A DNA stretch of 64,000 nt, from contig NC_052162.1 in assembly GCF_902713615.1 (NCBI RefSeq), forward strand, positions 93,320,559 to 93,384,558. Reading direction: 5' to 3'. This stretch comes from Scyliorhinus canicula. Taxonomy: Eukaryota. Position 1 is the stretch's first letter. Each line of letters begins with the position of its first letter. Positions 11,891 to 24,135 of this stretch are shown piece after piece. A program made the position numbers and the translations under genes. The notes under the pieces were generated by a model, which saw only the letters and a list, made by a program, of their open reading frames with translations, did no database searches and was not told the DNA's origin.

Positions 11891-12494
11891 CACTGGGATT
11901 TTCTCTCTTTTTGACTGTCAAGTCAGGTGTGAAAATCGACGTGTAGCCTGTCAGCCGCATATTTTCCTGCCATTTTTTGACACACTATAGAAAGAAAATT
12001 CTAGAAGCAGGTCTCACTATGTCATGCTGACAGAGCAAACCCAGCCCCTGCCCAGGTCAGGATGCCCCAATCGGAAAACAATGAAATAAAAGAAAACGCA
12101 AGTACCCCACGACAAGGGAACCCCTTCCACCCTAAACCCACTCAATGGAAGCCGCCATGGCAGTGCCCAGGCATGACCCACTTTCCTCTCCCCAGAGGCT
12201 CTCACCAGGTCCGCGTTTGTCAGGGCATGTTAGAAATCCCGCTACTGTCACATCACACATGGGTGGGTGTGAGGGGAAGTTAAATCCTGACGTGAGGAGT
12301 TGATGCAACGGGAAAGCCTGCTAATGATGTTTAAATTAATGGTAATAGGGTTCCCAACCTTCCATGGTGGAAATCCCATTATGTTACCAGTAGGTGGTGG
12401 GAACAATCGAGCGGGGAAATTCCGATGGCGTGAAAGCCATTTTGGAACTCCCCCTCGATTCTCCGCTCCCACCTAATGCCGGAAAAATCATCCC
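11891..12494. mobile_element. Old Harbinger-like non-autonomous element
   Basis: Degenerate termini CACTGGGATTTTC...GAAAAATCATCCC, flanks GTA/ATA, internal GATTCTCC motif. Confidence 0.5.
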
Positions 12495-12582
12495 ATAGTT
12501 TTAATTTTGAAGTTGAATCTCGTTGTTTTGGATCCCCCAAACACCACCAGAGAAAATAGCTTGCCTGCATACACCTCCTTGA

Positions 12583-13245
12583 GGAGATCTTGTGGTAGAA
12601 TTTCATAGAATAGAAGATCTTGTGGTAGAATTTCATAGAATAGAATTTACAGTGCAGAAGGAGGCCATTCGGCCCATCGAGTCTGCACCAGCTCTTGGAA
12701 AGAGCACCCTACCCAAGCCCACACCTCCACCCTATCCCCATAACCCAATAACCCCACCCAACATTAAGGGCAATTTTGGACAGTAAGGACAATTTACCAT
12801 AGCCAATCCGCCGAACCTGCACCTCTTTCGACTGTGGGAGGAAACTGGAACACCCGGAGGAAACCCACGCACACATGGGGAGAATGTGCAGACTCCGCAC
12901 AGACAGTGACCTGAGCCAGGAATCAAACCTGGAATCCTGGCGCTGTGAAGCAATTGTCCTAACCACAATGCTACCAAGCTGCTGCAATGGGTAAAATCCC
13001 TGCCTCCGAGTCAGAAGCTCTGGGTTCAAGTCCCACCTCAGGACTAACTGGCCGTGGAAAATGTGTTTCCGATGTGGCCAAACAGGTTGATTGTCAACCT
13101 ACAAAATCATCCAGCATGTCAATGGGTGAGAGAAATTCCTGTGATGGAAAGAAGGCTGGAGCCGCTACCATCACGATCCATCGCTTCAGGCTACAACATG
13201 CCTCGAAAAGGTGCTTGATGCCACAGCAACTTGGACTCCCTGTGT
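12583..13245 (+). mobile_element. Older tRNA-headed SINE interrupted in its head by an HE1-like SINE
   Basis: GATCTTGTGG|TGCAATGGGTA...CTCTGGGTTCAAGTCCCAC gives an A/B-box head when 12595-12983 is removed. Confidence 0.55.
12625..12983 (-). mobile_element. HE1-like V-SINE (CR1-type tail)
   Basis: Near-identical to the copy at 62930-63277. Confidence 0.93.
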
Positions 13246-13502
13246 GAACTGTAGCACAGCACCATCTCCATGTTGAAGATCAGTACTGACAGTGGAGCCT
13301 GACTGGGTAAAGATGATCTCTGGAAGGTACTAGTGAGCTTGTCAAGCTCTTATAATATTCCAGAACATTTTATGACACCAGCTCATAAATAGTGTGCTTT
13401 GTTGAATCTGATTTCACCACTTGCCCTGATCTAATATGTCAACCATAAGGTTTATCCTATTCAGATATGATCAGGTTTGGGCAAAGCTCCTCTGAAATTA
13501 AA

Positions 13503-14129
13503 GGGTGGGATTCTCTCAGCCCGGGGCCGGACAGGAGAATCGTCCCGACCGGCGCGAATCACGCCACGCCGTCCCGCTACCGGGACGTGTGGAGAATTGG
13601 TGCTGGCGCGGTGCCAGTCGGGGACTGCTCGAAGCATGCCCCCACATCCCCCCCACCTGCCGATACTCGGCCCAGGATGGGTCAAGCGGCCGTAGCAAAA
13701 ACTCTGAGTTCCGCTGGCGCCATTCTAACCTGCTCTCAGCCGGCGGGACCGCGGTGTGGAAGGGTCCGGGGGCGGCCTGTGGGGGGGAGAGGGTCCGTTG
13801 TGGCCTGTCCCGGCAGGCTGGCCTCTTATGCTGGGGGCCTCCTTTCTTCCAGGCCGGCCCCTGCAGCCCTACGCCATGTTGCGTAGCGGCTGACGCGGAG
13901 AAGGGATCCACTGCGCACGCGCACGTTGGCGCCGGTGCCACTGTGCCTGCCGCAGTGCCCAGTTGACACCGGGATCAGCAGCTGGAGCGGCGTGGGTCAC
14001 TCCAGTGCCGTGCTGGCCCCCTGTAGGAGCCAGAATTGCTGATCCTGAGGCCATGTTGACACCGTTGGAAAATACGACGCCGTTTCCGATGGCATCAGCG
14101 CTTAGCCTCAGGATCACCGAATCCCACCC
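13503..14129. mobile_element. Harbinger-like MITE (GC-rich)
   Basis: TIR GGGTGGGATTC...GAATCCCACCC; 3-bp TSD AAA (13500-13502 and 14130-14132). Confidence 0.88.
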
Positions 14130-14882
14130 AAAGTTCTTTCAGAAAAGTATTTTAGCCCCTATAGGTCTCCCATAAGAATACACCCGAATGGACCAATTAG
14201 GCTGCAGCTTCTGCATCAACACAACTTTGTTTCTACTTTTGTATTGGTGCAGAACCTGGAAGATAACTTTGGCATCAAGTCACTAATCTCAGGAGGCATT
14301 ACATTTTTGGCGAATTGTGACTAAGGTTGGAGTGGTTTTAGTTTTCAGTTGAAGGTAGCACGGGTTGAACAGTTTTGCGTCTTCTGTAGATTACAACCAC
14401 TTCCAGGCGCGGTGAGATCCTCTCTTGGCATGGCTGCACAATCTCATCTTGGAAGAAGAGTGCATGGCAGGGGATCTCGGGGACACTGTGATCATGAGTA
14501 CATTCAAGAAGGTAGGGTAGTTTGATCATGTTCACTACAGTTAGAGCTCTGTGCTGCCGACTACAGGTAAAGATCATTGCAATGATCTTCCTCAACCTCC
14601 CAGTAGCCAAGGAACTCCTTCCATGGTTAGAGTACTTTTTTTAGATCATCGAGAAGCATCACAAACATGACCTTTGCTGCGCAGCGAGTTCGAGAAACTC
14701 GAGAACAGCACCAACCACTGCACCTGTTTTTTTTTTTACCTCATAAAATTTTTGAATCTGTCAATTGCAAAGGCTTACAAGCTATCCTCAAATGCCATTG
14801 CCCTCAAATTTATCACCTTCCTCCATTTACTAAGCAATGAAATGCAAGCCACGATCCTCACCAAAGAATCACCACAAACCTT

Positions 14883-15445
14883 GGGTGGGATTCTCTGATC
14901 CTGAGGCTAAGTGTTGTGACCGTCGTAAATGCTGTCGCGTTTCACGACGACGTCAACTTGCCCTCAGGAGCAGCGATTCTGACCTCTTCAGGGGGCCAGC
15001 ATAGCACTGGAGTGACCCACGCCGCTCCAGTTGCCGATGCCGGCGTCAGATGGGCACCACGGGTCTGTGCATGTGCAGTGAGACTGGTGCCAATGCGCGC
15101 ATGTGTAGTGGCTTCGTTCTCCGCGCCGGCCCCGACACAACATGGTGAGGGGCTCCAGGGGCCGGCGCAGAACAAAAGAGGCCCCCAGCCCGAGAGGCTG
15201 GCCCATCGATCAGTAAGCCCTGTTCGCGCGTGAGGCCGCAGCCGAGGTTCCCGCGAGGGTCGGACCCCCCCCCTCCCCATCAGACCGCCCCAAGATGCAT
15301 GCACGCTGAGGTCCCGCTGGTTAAGAGCACACGTGGATGGCGCCGACAGAACTCTGGGTTTTTGCACGGCTGCTTGGCCCATCCCAGGTGGAGAATCACC
15401 GGGGGGGGGGGCGGCCAGCGCCAATGGCGCTGATTCTCCGCTCGC
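14883..15445. mobile_element. Harbinger-like MITE related to 13503-14129, inverted, one end lost
   Basis: Begins GGGTGGGATTCTCTGATCCTGAGGCTAAG, close to the reverse complement of 14101-14129; homology continues to about 15440. Confidence 0.85.
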
Positions 15446-15656
15446 CAGCTGCATCTCACCTCCAACCCCCTCTCATTGAGTCACAACAATCCTGATGGCA
15501 CCGAATCTCCAGAGATTCCATTCTCCAATCTTTAAAGGGTCTGGTGGGCTCTGGCAACAATGCGTCTTGTCCTGCTATCTCGTCCCATGATCTCCTACTA
15601 TTCCTCTCCTCAGCTCTCTGTCCTTTCCAACTCTATAATGCAGAAACAGTAACACA

Positions 15657-16479
15657 GGGCGCGATTCTCCGCCCCCCATGACGGGTCAGAGAATAGCAGG
15701 AGGGCCTTCCCGACATTTTTCCCGACCTCCCGCTATTCTCCCCCCCCCCCCCCACACCTGCCCCCCGACACGAATCTCTGCTCGCCATTTTTTTACGGCG
15801 TGCAGCGATTCTCCCCTAGCCGATGGGCCGATTTCCCAGGCCGCACCACGGCCGTGCCAAGGGTGCCATGGGCCCGCGATCGGTGCCCACCGATCGCGGG
15901 CAGCGGGTCCGAACCCCACGCACTCTTTATTCCTCCGCCGCCCCGCTGGATCAGTCTGCGGGGCGGCTGAGGGGCATACCGGCCCGCGCATGCGCGGGTT
16001 TCACGCTGTAGCCACCTAAGATGGACACTGGGCTACAAAATGGAGAACTGCTAAGGCTGCAGGGAGAAAACAGTCTTAGCCACATTATATTGTGTCTAAG
16101 GTTAGAGGTGTCTAAATACGGCACCTGGCGACTCCTGAGCAGAATTACATACACAGAGCCGTAGTAGTGTTAAGCACACGGCCTTTAAACGGAGGCGTGT
16201 TAATACACTCCAATAAAACATGTAACACTCAAGTAAAACGTGCAATAACGCATATGCATGTGCGGCTGACGTCATCGTGCGCATCAGCCGCCGTTAACTT
16301 TGGCGCGCGGGCTTAGTGAATTTCGCTAAACCTGCGATGCCGAGGTTCACGGGGCCCCGCTGCTAGCCCCGACCGGGAAGCAGAATCGGGTCCCGGGAGG
16401 GGGTGCGGAGGCTGCCGGGAAACACGGCCGGTTTCACGGCAGCCTTCACGACTCTCCGCATTTGCGGAGAATCGCGCCC
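15657..16479. mobile_element. Harbinger-like MITE (same family as 43343-44061) with nested solo LTR
   Basis: Perfect 16-bp TIR GGGCGCGATTCTCCGC / GCGGAGAATCGCGCCC; TSD ACA. Confidence 0.92.
16007..16247 (+). mobile_element. Solo LTR-like insert within the MITE
   Basis: Absent from sibling copy 43343-44061. Starts TGTAG, ends CAATA (CA end mutated), has AATAAA at about 16212 and a 4-bp TSD ACGC. Confidence 0.75.
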
Positions 16480-16744
16480 ACAGTCTCTGCTGTACTCTCA
16501 GAATCCTGCTTCACCACAAGTACCCGTTCGAAAACTGGCAAACAGGAACTCTCATTTGGAAAGAACTGTGCTTGCAGATTCTCAGTGTTTTCTGAATCGT
16601 TTAACAGAAACCTCACCCAAATACAATTAGCTTTCTATTTACCCCTTGCTTCTTAGCTGTTCTCCATGGCAACTTCAGAAAATAATCAGGAAACTCCACT
16701 TTGACAAAAAGGCGACATCACACAAAAAGAAAATACAGGCTTTT

Positions 16745-17030
16745 CCCAAAGCACATAGGGTCATCACAGTATTTTAGTTGCACCACCATTGATGGCCATG
16801 TCTTGAGCTACCAAAACCTATAACATTGGAATTCCCACCCTGAACCACCCCAACTCTCCACCTCTTATTCCATCTTCAAAGTTTCTTAAAAAAATACCTC
16901 TGTGACTAACCAGTCCGAATAGTTCTGTCGGTGGCATCATACCAAATTGTACTTGATATGCTCCTATGCAGCACCTTGAGATGTTTTACTAGGTTTAGGG
17001 TGTTATATAAATACAAGTTGTTGTTGTTAA
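16745..17030 (+). mobile_element. Old L2-like LINE 3' end with (GTT)n tail
   Basis: Ends ...GCAGCACCTTGAGATGTTTTAC...ATATAAATACAAGTTGTTGTTGTT. Confidence 0.6.
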
Positions 17031-17502
17031 CACAACGTGTGCTTTTTAGAGGCAGCTTGCTGACCTTGAACTGAGAAGTCTGACAAGAGTCTGATACTAC
17101 AGAGGCAGCAGTGGCCCTCATAGGGAGGGGTGCAAGCATCAGAAATGGAAGGAAGTGGCAGGTGGAATTTAACACTGCTGCAACAGCAGCAAGAAGATTC
17201 ACGATAATACTTTGAGGCTCGAAACCATCAAGGAAAGTGTGGTAAAATTACAATGTGTCAAAACTGCCTTTCTGCCTTCCCTGCCTGCAGATTAGCCCCC
17301 TCTTAACATGTGTAGAAAGTAAACATCTACCTCTCAGCTTTGATGACTATGACCAGGAATCGGTGATAATCTATGGCCAGAAATAAAATTGACTTCAGCA
17401 TTCATAATTGCAACATTTCACCCTGACAACAATTAGCTGGAAAGCTTCTCCGTTTTCAGTGGGAGCTCTGGCCATCAAAACACGAGAAATGGGACAGGTG
17501 GG

Positions 17503-18140
17503 ACATAGACACATAGAAATAGGAGCAGGAGGAGGCCATTTGGCCCTTCGAACCTACTCCACAATTCATTATGATCATGGCTGATCATCCAACTCAATAA
17601 CCTAATCCCGCTTTCCCCCATATCCTTTGATCCTCTGTGCCCTAAGTGCTATATCTAACTGCTTCTTGAAAACATGCAATCATAGAATTTACAGTGCAGA
17701 AGGAGGCCATTCAGCCCATCGAGTCTGCACCGGCCCTCGGAAAGAGCACCCTACCTAAGCCCACACCTCTATCCTATCCCAGCAACCCCTCCCAACCCTT
17801 TTGGACACTAAGGGCAATTTAGCATGGCCTATCCACCTAACCTGCACACCTTTGGACTGTGGGAGCAAACCGGAGCACCCGGAGGAAACCCATGCAGACG
17901 CGGGGAGAACGTGCAGACAGTGACCCAAGCCGGGAATAAATCCTGGGACCCTGGAGCTGTGAAGCAACTGTGCTAACCACTGTGCTACCATGTCGCCCTT
18001 ATTTTGTTTTGGCCTTCACTACTTCCTGTGATAACTATTTCCACAGGCCGACCACTCAGTGGGTGAGGAAAGTTTTCATCTCTAACATAAATGTTCTACC
18101 CCGTATCCTCAGACTGTGACCCTGGTTCTGAACACACCCA
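17503..18140 (-). mobile_element. CR1 3' end with nested HE1-like SINE
   Basis: ACATAGAAATAGGAGCAGGAGGAGGCCATT.GGCCCTTCGA 3'-UTR signature; resumes after 17998. Confidence 0.8.
17679..17998 (-). mobile_element. HE1-like V-SINE
   Basis: Same consensus as the other HE1-like copies. Confidence 0.92.
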
Positions 18141-18634
18141 CCATCAGGAACATTCTTCCTGCATCTACTCTGTCCCGGCCTATTAGAATTTTATAGATTT
18201 CAACTGCACACACAGTTTTGTTACCTCGGCCACCCCATTTCTGGGCACAAATGAGGCAATAGGGACACATGAACTGCCCCAATCATGTTCGTCAGCCACT
18301 GACCTTGTCAGAACAACTCTTACCTGGAGTCGAAGGGCTGACAGTGGCCTGCCTCAGCCTCATAATGACTCAGTACTAAAACTTGTGGCCTCACCAATAT
18401 CTCTGGCGTTGAGGCTAATGTTTGATACGGAGGATAAAAAATGCTCTACATTTCCCCCCGATTTCAATTCCATTAATTTAACATGGAGGGACATAAACAG
18501 GGCTGGTGATTCGCCATCAGCTCTTTTATTTTATCATGCAAGATCTAGCCCCCAGTGATTCAGGTAGGCGTGACTGCAAACTGAAGTGTTTACCTTGATG
18601 GTGTGTTCAAACTATCATAATCAGCTGATTTATT

Positions 18635-19015
18635 TTCTCAATTCAGTCACAGGGTGTGGGCATCACAAGCAGGCAAAGCAAGGATTGTCCTATCCTAATA
18701 ATGCTGAGTGACTCGCTAGGCTATTTCAGAGGATAGTTAATAGCCAACCACATTGCTGTGGGTCTGAGTTACATATAGACCAGACCATGTAAGGATGAAA
18801 GATTTCATGAGTGAACCAGATTTTTTTTACAAGAACAGAGTCACCATAACTGCTGCGAGATTTCTTAAACTCAAAATTTATTCAATTAACTGAATAAAAA
18901 ATCCCCCACCCACTCCCACCCCCAGATGCCATGATGGGACTTCAACTCGCATCTCCAGATCATTGGTCCAGATCTTTAGATTACTTCGCTAATAACATAA
19001 CCAGCATGCTACCAC
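18635..19015 (-). mobile_element. tRNA-headed SINE ('type A') whose tail matches the LINE at 49465-50735
   Basis: Degenerate reverse match to 43133-44422 (AACCACATTGCTGTGGGTCTG, GTGAACCAGAT). Confidence 0.7.
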
Positions 19016-19369
19016 ACTCACATCGTCACCCTGCCAGCTCAAACTCACAAAGTCATCATGACTGCAGGAAATTTGAACTATCTGATGGCTGTCTGGTTGT
19101 AATTATGAGCCTTGGAGCAAAACTGCTTTGTTTGGTATGTATGTATTTTTAATGTAACATCCATTCCGAGAGAACAGAACTTATGGGTTGAAAGTCTCCC
19201 TCTCAGTCGGTACCTAATGAGCTGTGAAGTTACTAACCCATCTGTGTTGCAATTCATGAGGGATTAATCTGTTCTACACACTTAAATAATCCCCAATGAA
19301 ATAAACCCAGGAGTATTCTAATTAAAGGGATCATTTGAATATTGCTGGAAAAATTAGACAAATTGCAGA

Positions 19370-20635
19370 AGCCTTTAAACTTGCAACTATCAGGATGCAA
19401 GAATACCAACTTTCAAATGATCAGGACAATTTATGCGAGAGGAAAGAAGGGTGCAAGTCAGCGCTGATTAGCAAAGGAGTTGTCATGAAGAAAGCAATGG
19501 TTGTGAGCATTTGAAATTGGGAATTCTTGGGTTTGTCCTGATGAGGGCAGGATGGAAAGGTAACATGTCTCTCTGAAATATTCAAAAGCATTATTATTCA
19601 TGCACATGAGAGTCATTAATCTAGTCTACAGAGCATGAGTGTTGCTGAAAAAATACATTTTATCAAAGCTTTTTATCTTGCACTATCACGAATACCAGTG
19701 TCGGGGGAACAATGACTTCATATTGTATGAGAAGAGAGTGTTGATCGCTCAGTAAGTGGATTCTGATTGGTAGAGACATTGCCATGAAGAATGTACCAGT
19801 GGATGGTGACTGACAGCTAACTGCCAAACATTATTTGAAATTTAAGCCAGGCACCTTGACTCTGATTGGTCAAGGCGCCATGAATGGTTATCTCTTATTT
19901 TGTGCAGCGGAAACAGGTGCAATGTGTGTACATGTTCTTTCTGTCTGAAAATAACAGGGTCTTGTAAAGTGGTATATGTAGCTTCCAGTGCTCACAAATG
20001 TGTCACACTGTGAGCCCAACTGACAGTGTAGTTTTGCAGGTATATTACTCAAATTCATGAATGTACCTAAGGCCGTCATTCTTGGCCCTGGAACGTGTCA
20101 GTCTACCTCGGATTGCCCTGAAAGGAAACAATATATCAGAAATTTGAGCAACAGGTGAAGCTGGCTGTTTCATGCTGATCATTTGCGGTAGCAACACGTG
20201 TTGTATTCTCCACAAACAGGATGCTGCCGACAAGCCAAAAGGATGTTTTGCCAATCACACAAATGAGTAATGTGGTGTATAACATTCAGTGCCAATATGA
20301 AGCTCGGTATGTAGCCTGTACGCCTCAAAGACCGGTAGGTCATATCAAACAGCATGTCCCTTCTGCTGTACGCAACTGCCAAGGTGCAGACTACCCAACC
20401 AGTCCATGTTTACAAAACTCAGAATATTGTGTCCAACATTAGATCCGACTCTGCATTTGGACAACATTTGCTAAATAATCCTCAATGTGCTAAAAATGAA
20501 TTAGAATGAATCATTCACCTGAGGAAGGAGCTGTGATCCAAAAGCTAGTGATTCAAAACAAACCTGTTGGACTTTGACCTGGTGTAAGACTTCTTACTGT
20601 GCTCACTGCAGTCCAACGCCGGCCTCTCCATATCA
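19370..20635. mobile_element. Cluster of Penelope-like element fragments with hammerhead-like pLTR remnants
   Basis: GIY-YIG remnant, GTCCTGATGAG at about 19535, and CCTGAGGAAGGAGC...AAAGCT at about 20518-20546. Confidence 0.75.
20070..20480 (+). pseudogene. Penelope GIY-YIG endonuclease remnant
   Basis: ORF 20221..20442 KDVLPITQMSNVVYNIQCQYEARYVACTPQRPVGHIKQH matches the Penelope-type VVY..C.C...YVG.T.R....I.QH pattern. Confidence 0.85.
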
Positions 20636-21019
20636 TTTATGCAACAGCCAGCAGCCATTATTGAGCTAATGTTGTTTAAACTTCCCCAACAGAGGGGGCA
20701 GCAGAGCAGGCAATATAACAAAATGTTCAGATCTTACAACAATCTACAGGTGGAACAGACAACAGTGCATGAACAACGTTCAACCGATACTGTTAATTGC
20801 TTAGAAAGTAGCACACTAAATTGGTGTTGCCCGCTGTTTACATAGAGCCACAGAAAATTGGTTGGCTCTTACATGCCCTCTGAATAGGCCAAGCAAGTTA
20901 CTCAGTTCAGCTTCAGTTAGGGATGGGTAATAATTGCTGGCCCAGTCAGCAACGGCCACATCCCGTGAACAACTAAAAACAAACACTGACACACTTCTTT
21001 CGTTATTGCAGAGAAGATG

Positions 21020-22565
21020 CCGCATAATCGCAGAAAATACAGTGCAGAAGAGGCCCTTCAGTATATCAAGACTGCAGCGAGACATGAAAAACACTTGACC
21101 TACCTACTAAGGTAAACAGCGGCTCTCTACCCACCCTGTCCATGCCCCACATAATCCTGTACACCTCGATCAAGTCGCCCCTCAGTCTTCTCTGCCCCAA
21201 CAAAAACAACCTATGCCTATTCAACCTGGCTTCACAACTTAAATGTTCCATCCCAGGCAACATTCTGATCTATCGCCTCTGCACCCCCCTCCAGTGCCAT
21301 CACATCCTTCCTGTAAAGTGGTGACCAGAACTGCACATAGTACTCCAGCTGTGGCCTCACCAAAGTTCTATCCAATTCCAACATGACCTTCCTGCTTTTG
21401 TAATGTGTGCCTCGATTGACAAAAGCAATGTCCGATATGCCTTTTTCACATCCCTATCAAACTACCTTCTGCCTTCAGAAATCTGTAGACAAACACGCCA
21501 AGGTCCCTTTGTTCCTGAAACTTCACAGTGTCAGGCCATTCATTGAACACTTCCTTGTCAAATTTCTCCTCACAAAGTGTGTCACCTCACTTTTCAGAAT
21601 TAAATTCAATCTGTTACTTATCTGTCCATTTGATCATCCCGTCTATAACTTCCTCTAACCCAAATCATTCAACCTCACTGTAAACCACCAGCCCAATTTT
21701 TGTAACATCTTCAAACTTACTGATGCTACCCCCCCCCCCCCCCCCCCACCCCCCCGCCCCCAACATAGTCATATCTGTAATTTAGATAAATGACAAATAA
21801 TAGGGGACCCAACACAGATCCTCGTGGTACGCCACTGGACACTGGCTTCCAGTCACTAAAGCAGCCTTCTGTCATCACCCTCTGTCTCCTGCAACAAAGC
21901 CAATTTTGAATCCACCTGATCAGATTACCCTGTATTCAAATGAATTTGTCTCCCATGTGGGAACCTTGTCAAAGGCTTTGCTGAACTTCATATAAACTAC
22001 ATCAGCTGCACTACCCTCATCTACACTCCTAGTCACTTCATTAAAAAATTCAATCACATTTGTTCGGCAGGGCCTCCCTCTGACAAAGCCATATTGACTA
22101 TCCCTGATCAAACCTTGCCTCTCCAAGTGGAGCTAGATTCTCTCCTTAAGAATTTTCTCCAAATGTTTCCCTACTCGCTGGTTTGTAGTTCCATGGCTTA
22201 TCTCTTCAACGTTTCTTAAAAATTGGAATCACATTAGCTGTTCTCCAGTCCTCTGGCACCACCCCCATGGCCAGAGAGGAATTAAAACATTCGGGTTAAA
22301 GGCCCGACAATCTCCTCCCTCACCTCCCACAGTGGTCTGTGACACAATTCATCCAGACCTGGAGATTTGTCCACATGTAAGTCTGCCAACACCTCCAATA
22401 CCTTGTCATTCCCTATGTCAATTTGCTCAAGAACCTCACTGTCTCTGTCCCTGAGTTCCATACCTGCATCCACCATTCACTTGGATGAAGTCAGATGTGA
22501 AGTATTCGTTCAACACCCTACCTTTGTTCTCTGGCTCCACCCACAGGTTGCCCCATGGGCTCCTA
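21020..22565 (-). mobile_element. Degraded CR1 LINE (RT region)
   Basis: Fragments SQYGFVRGRPCRTN, FSKAFDKVP, DKSPGLDE and RRLRGDLIEVY. Confidence 0.88.
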
Positions 22566-22567
22566 AT

Positions 22568-22758
22568 GGGCTGGTTTAGCACAGGGCTAAATAGCTGGCT
22601 TTGAAAGCAGACCAAGGCAGGTCAGCAGCGCGGGTTCAATTCCCGTACCAGCCTCCCCGAACAGGCGCAATGTATCGACTAGGGGCTTTTCACAGTAACT
22701 TCATTTGAAGCCTACTTGTGACAATAAGCGATTTTCATTTCATTTCATATCATTTTCA
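22568..22758 (+). mobile_element. Short tRNA-headed SINE, (CATTT)n tail
   Basis: Full-length copy of the family at 3278. Confidence 0.92.
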
Positions 22759-22869
22759 TGTGACTCCAGATCCACACCAATACCGTTGACTCTTAGGGCA
22801 ATTCGGGATGGGCAATAAATGCTGGACCAGCCTGCAACGCCCACCACGAGCCATGAATGAATAAATTAA

Positions 22870-24135
22870 AGTCCTGGGAGGAGAATACAAAATGCAGGAG
22901 GGACCTTAAAAAGGAAGTTAGGAAAGCTAAGAGACTGCAAGGAAATTGGCGATCAGGCATTGTATAAAGAACAAGAGAATAACTCGGGTGGGGGGGGGGG
23001 GGGGGGGGAAGTACGGCCAATTAGGGATCATATAGATAATGTGTGGGGGACCAGAAGACATGTGTACAGCCCCTAATTAATACTTTGTGTCAGTTTTCAC
23101 AATGGAAAAGGATTATGCAGGTGTAGACATCATTGGGAGGATTATACAGTGAATGGTAGAACCCTCAAGAGTATTGAAAGTCAGAGATATCTAGGTGTTC
23201 AGGTCCACAGGTCACCGAAAGGGGCAACACAGGTGGGGAAGGTAGTCAAGAAGGCTTACGGCATGCTTGCTTTCATTGGCCGGGGCATAGAGTATAAGAA
23301 TTGGCAAGTCATGGTGCAGCTGTATAGAACCTTAGTTGGGCCTCACTTGGAGTATAGTGTTCAATTCTGGTTGCCACACTACCAGAAGGATGTGGAGGCT
23401 TTAGAGAGGGTGCAGAAGAGATTTACCAGGATGTTGCTTGATATGGAGGGCATTAGCTATGAGGAGCGATTGAATAAACTCGGTTTGTTCTCCCTGGAAC
23501 GACGGAGGTTGAGGGGCGACCTGATAGAGGTCTACAAAATGATGAGGGGCATAGACAGAGTGGATAGTCAGAGGCTTTTTCCCAGGATAGAGGGGTCAAT
23601 TACTAGGGGGCATAGATTTAAGGTGCGAGGGGCAAGGTTTAGAGGAGATGTACAAGGCAAGTTGTTTACACAGAGGGTAGTGGGTGCCTGGAGCACGCTG
23701 CCGGAGGAGGTGGTGGAAGCAGGGACAATAGTGACATTTAAGGGGCACCTTGACAAATACATGAATAGGATGGGAATAGAGGGATAGAGACCCAGGATAT
23801 GTAGAAGATTTTGGTTTAGACGGGCAGCATGGTCGGCACAGGCTTGGAGGGCCGAAGGGCCTGTTCCTGTGATGTACTTTTCTCTGTCTTTGTTCTTTGA
23901 CTCTGAATATTTGAGGAAATAGAGAGAGAATAAAATAGAGAGAGAGAAGAGTTCATAGGAGGTTTAGCAGTATTAAAAGTGGATAAACCCGCTGGGCCAA
24001 ACAAGATGTATCCCTGGCTGTTCAGGAAGGCAAGGGAGGAGATATCAGATGTACTGGCAGTAATTTTAAAATCCTCTGTGGCCTCAAGTGAGTTGCCAAA
24101 GGGACAGCTAACATTGTCTTATTATTAAAAAAGGG
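22870..24135 (+). mobile_element. Older CR1 fragment interrupted by a younger CR1 3' end
   Basis: CR1 pre-RT sequence (TACTTTGTGTCAGTTTTCAC; GTGGATAAACCCGCTGGGCC) on both sides of 23140-23899. Confidence 0.75.
23140..23899 (+). mobile_element. Young CR1 3' end (same subfamily as 8310-9330)
   Basis: ORF 23149..23787 is nearly identical to the C-terminus of the 8458 ORF; 3' UTR GGGCCGAAGGGCCTGTTCCTGTG. Confidence 0.95.

Noticed and set aside
13461-16480. CpG-island promoter or GC-rich genes
   Set aside because: GC-rich blocks are bounded by TIRs and TSDs and recur elsewhere; the overlapping ORFs reflect GC content.
22568-22655. True tRNA genes (also heads of V-SINEs)
   Set aside because: Always fused to SINE bodies and tails, with an irregular anticodon arm and variable anticodon.
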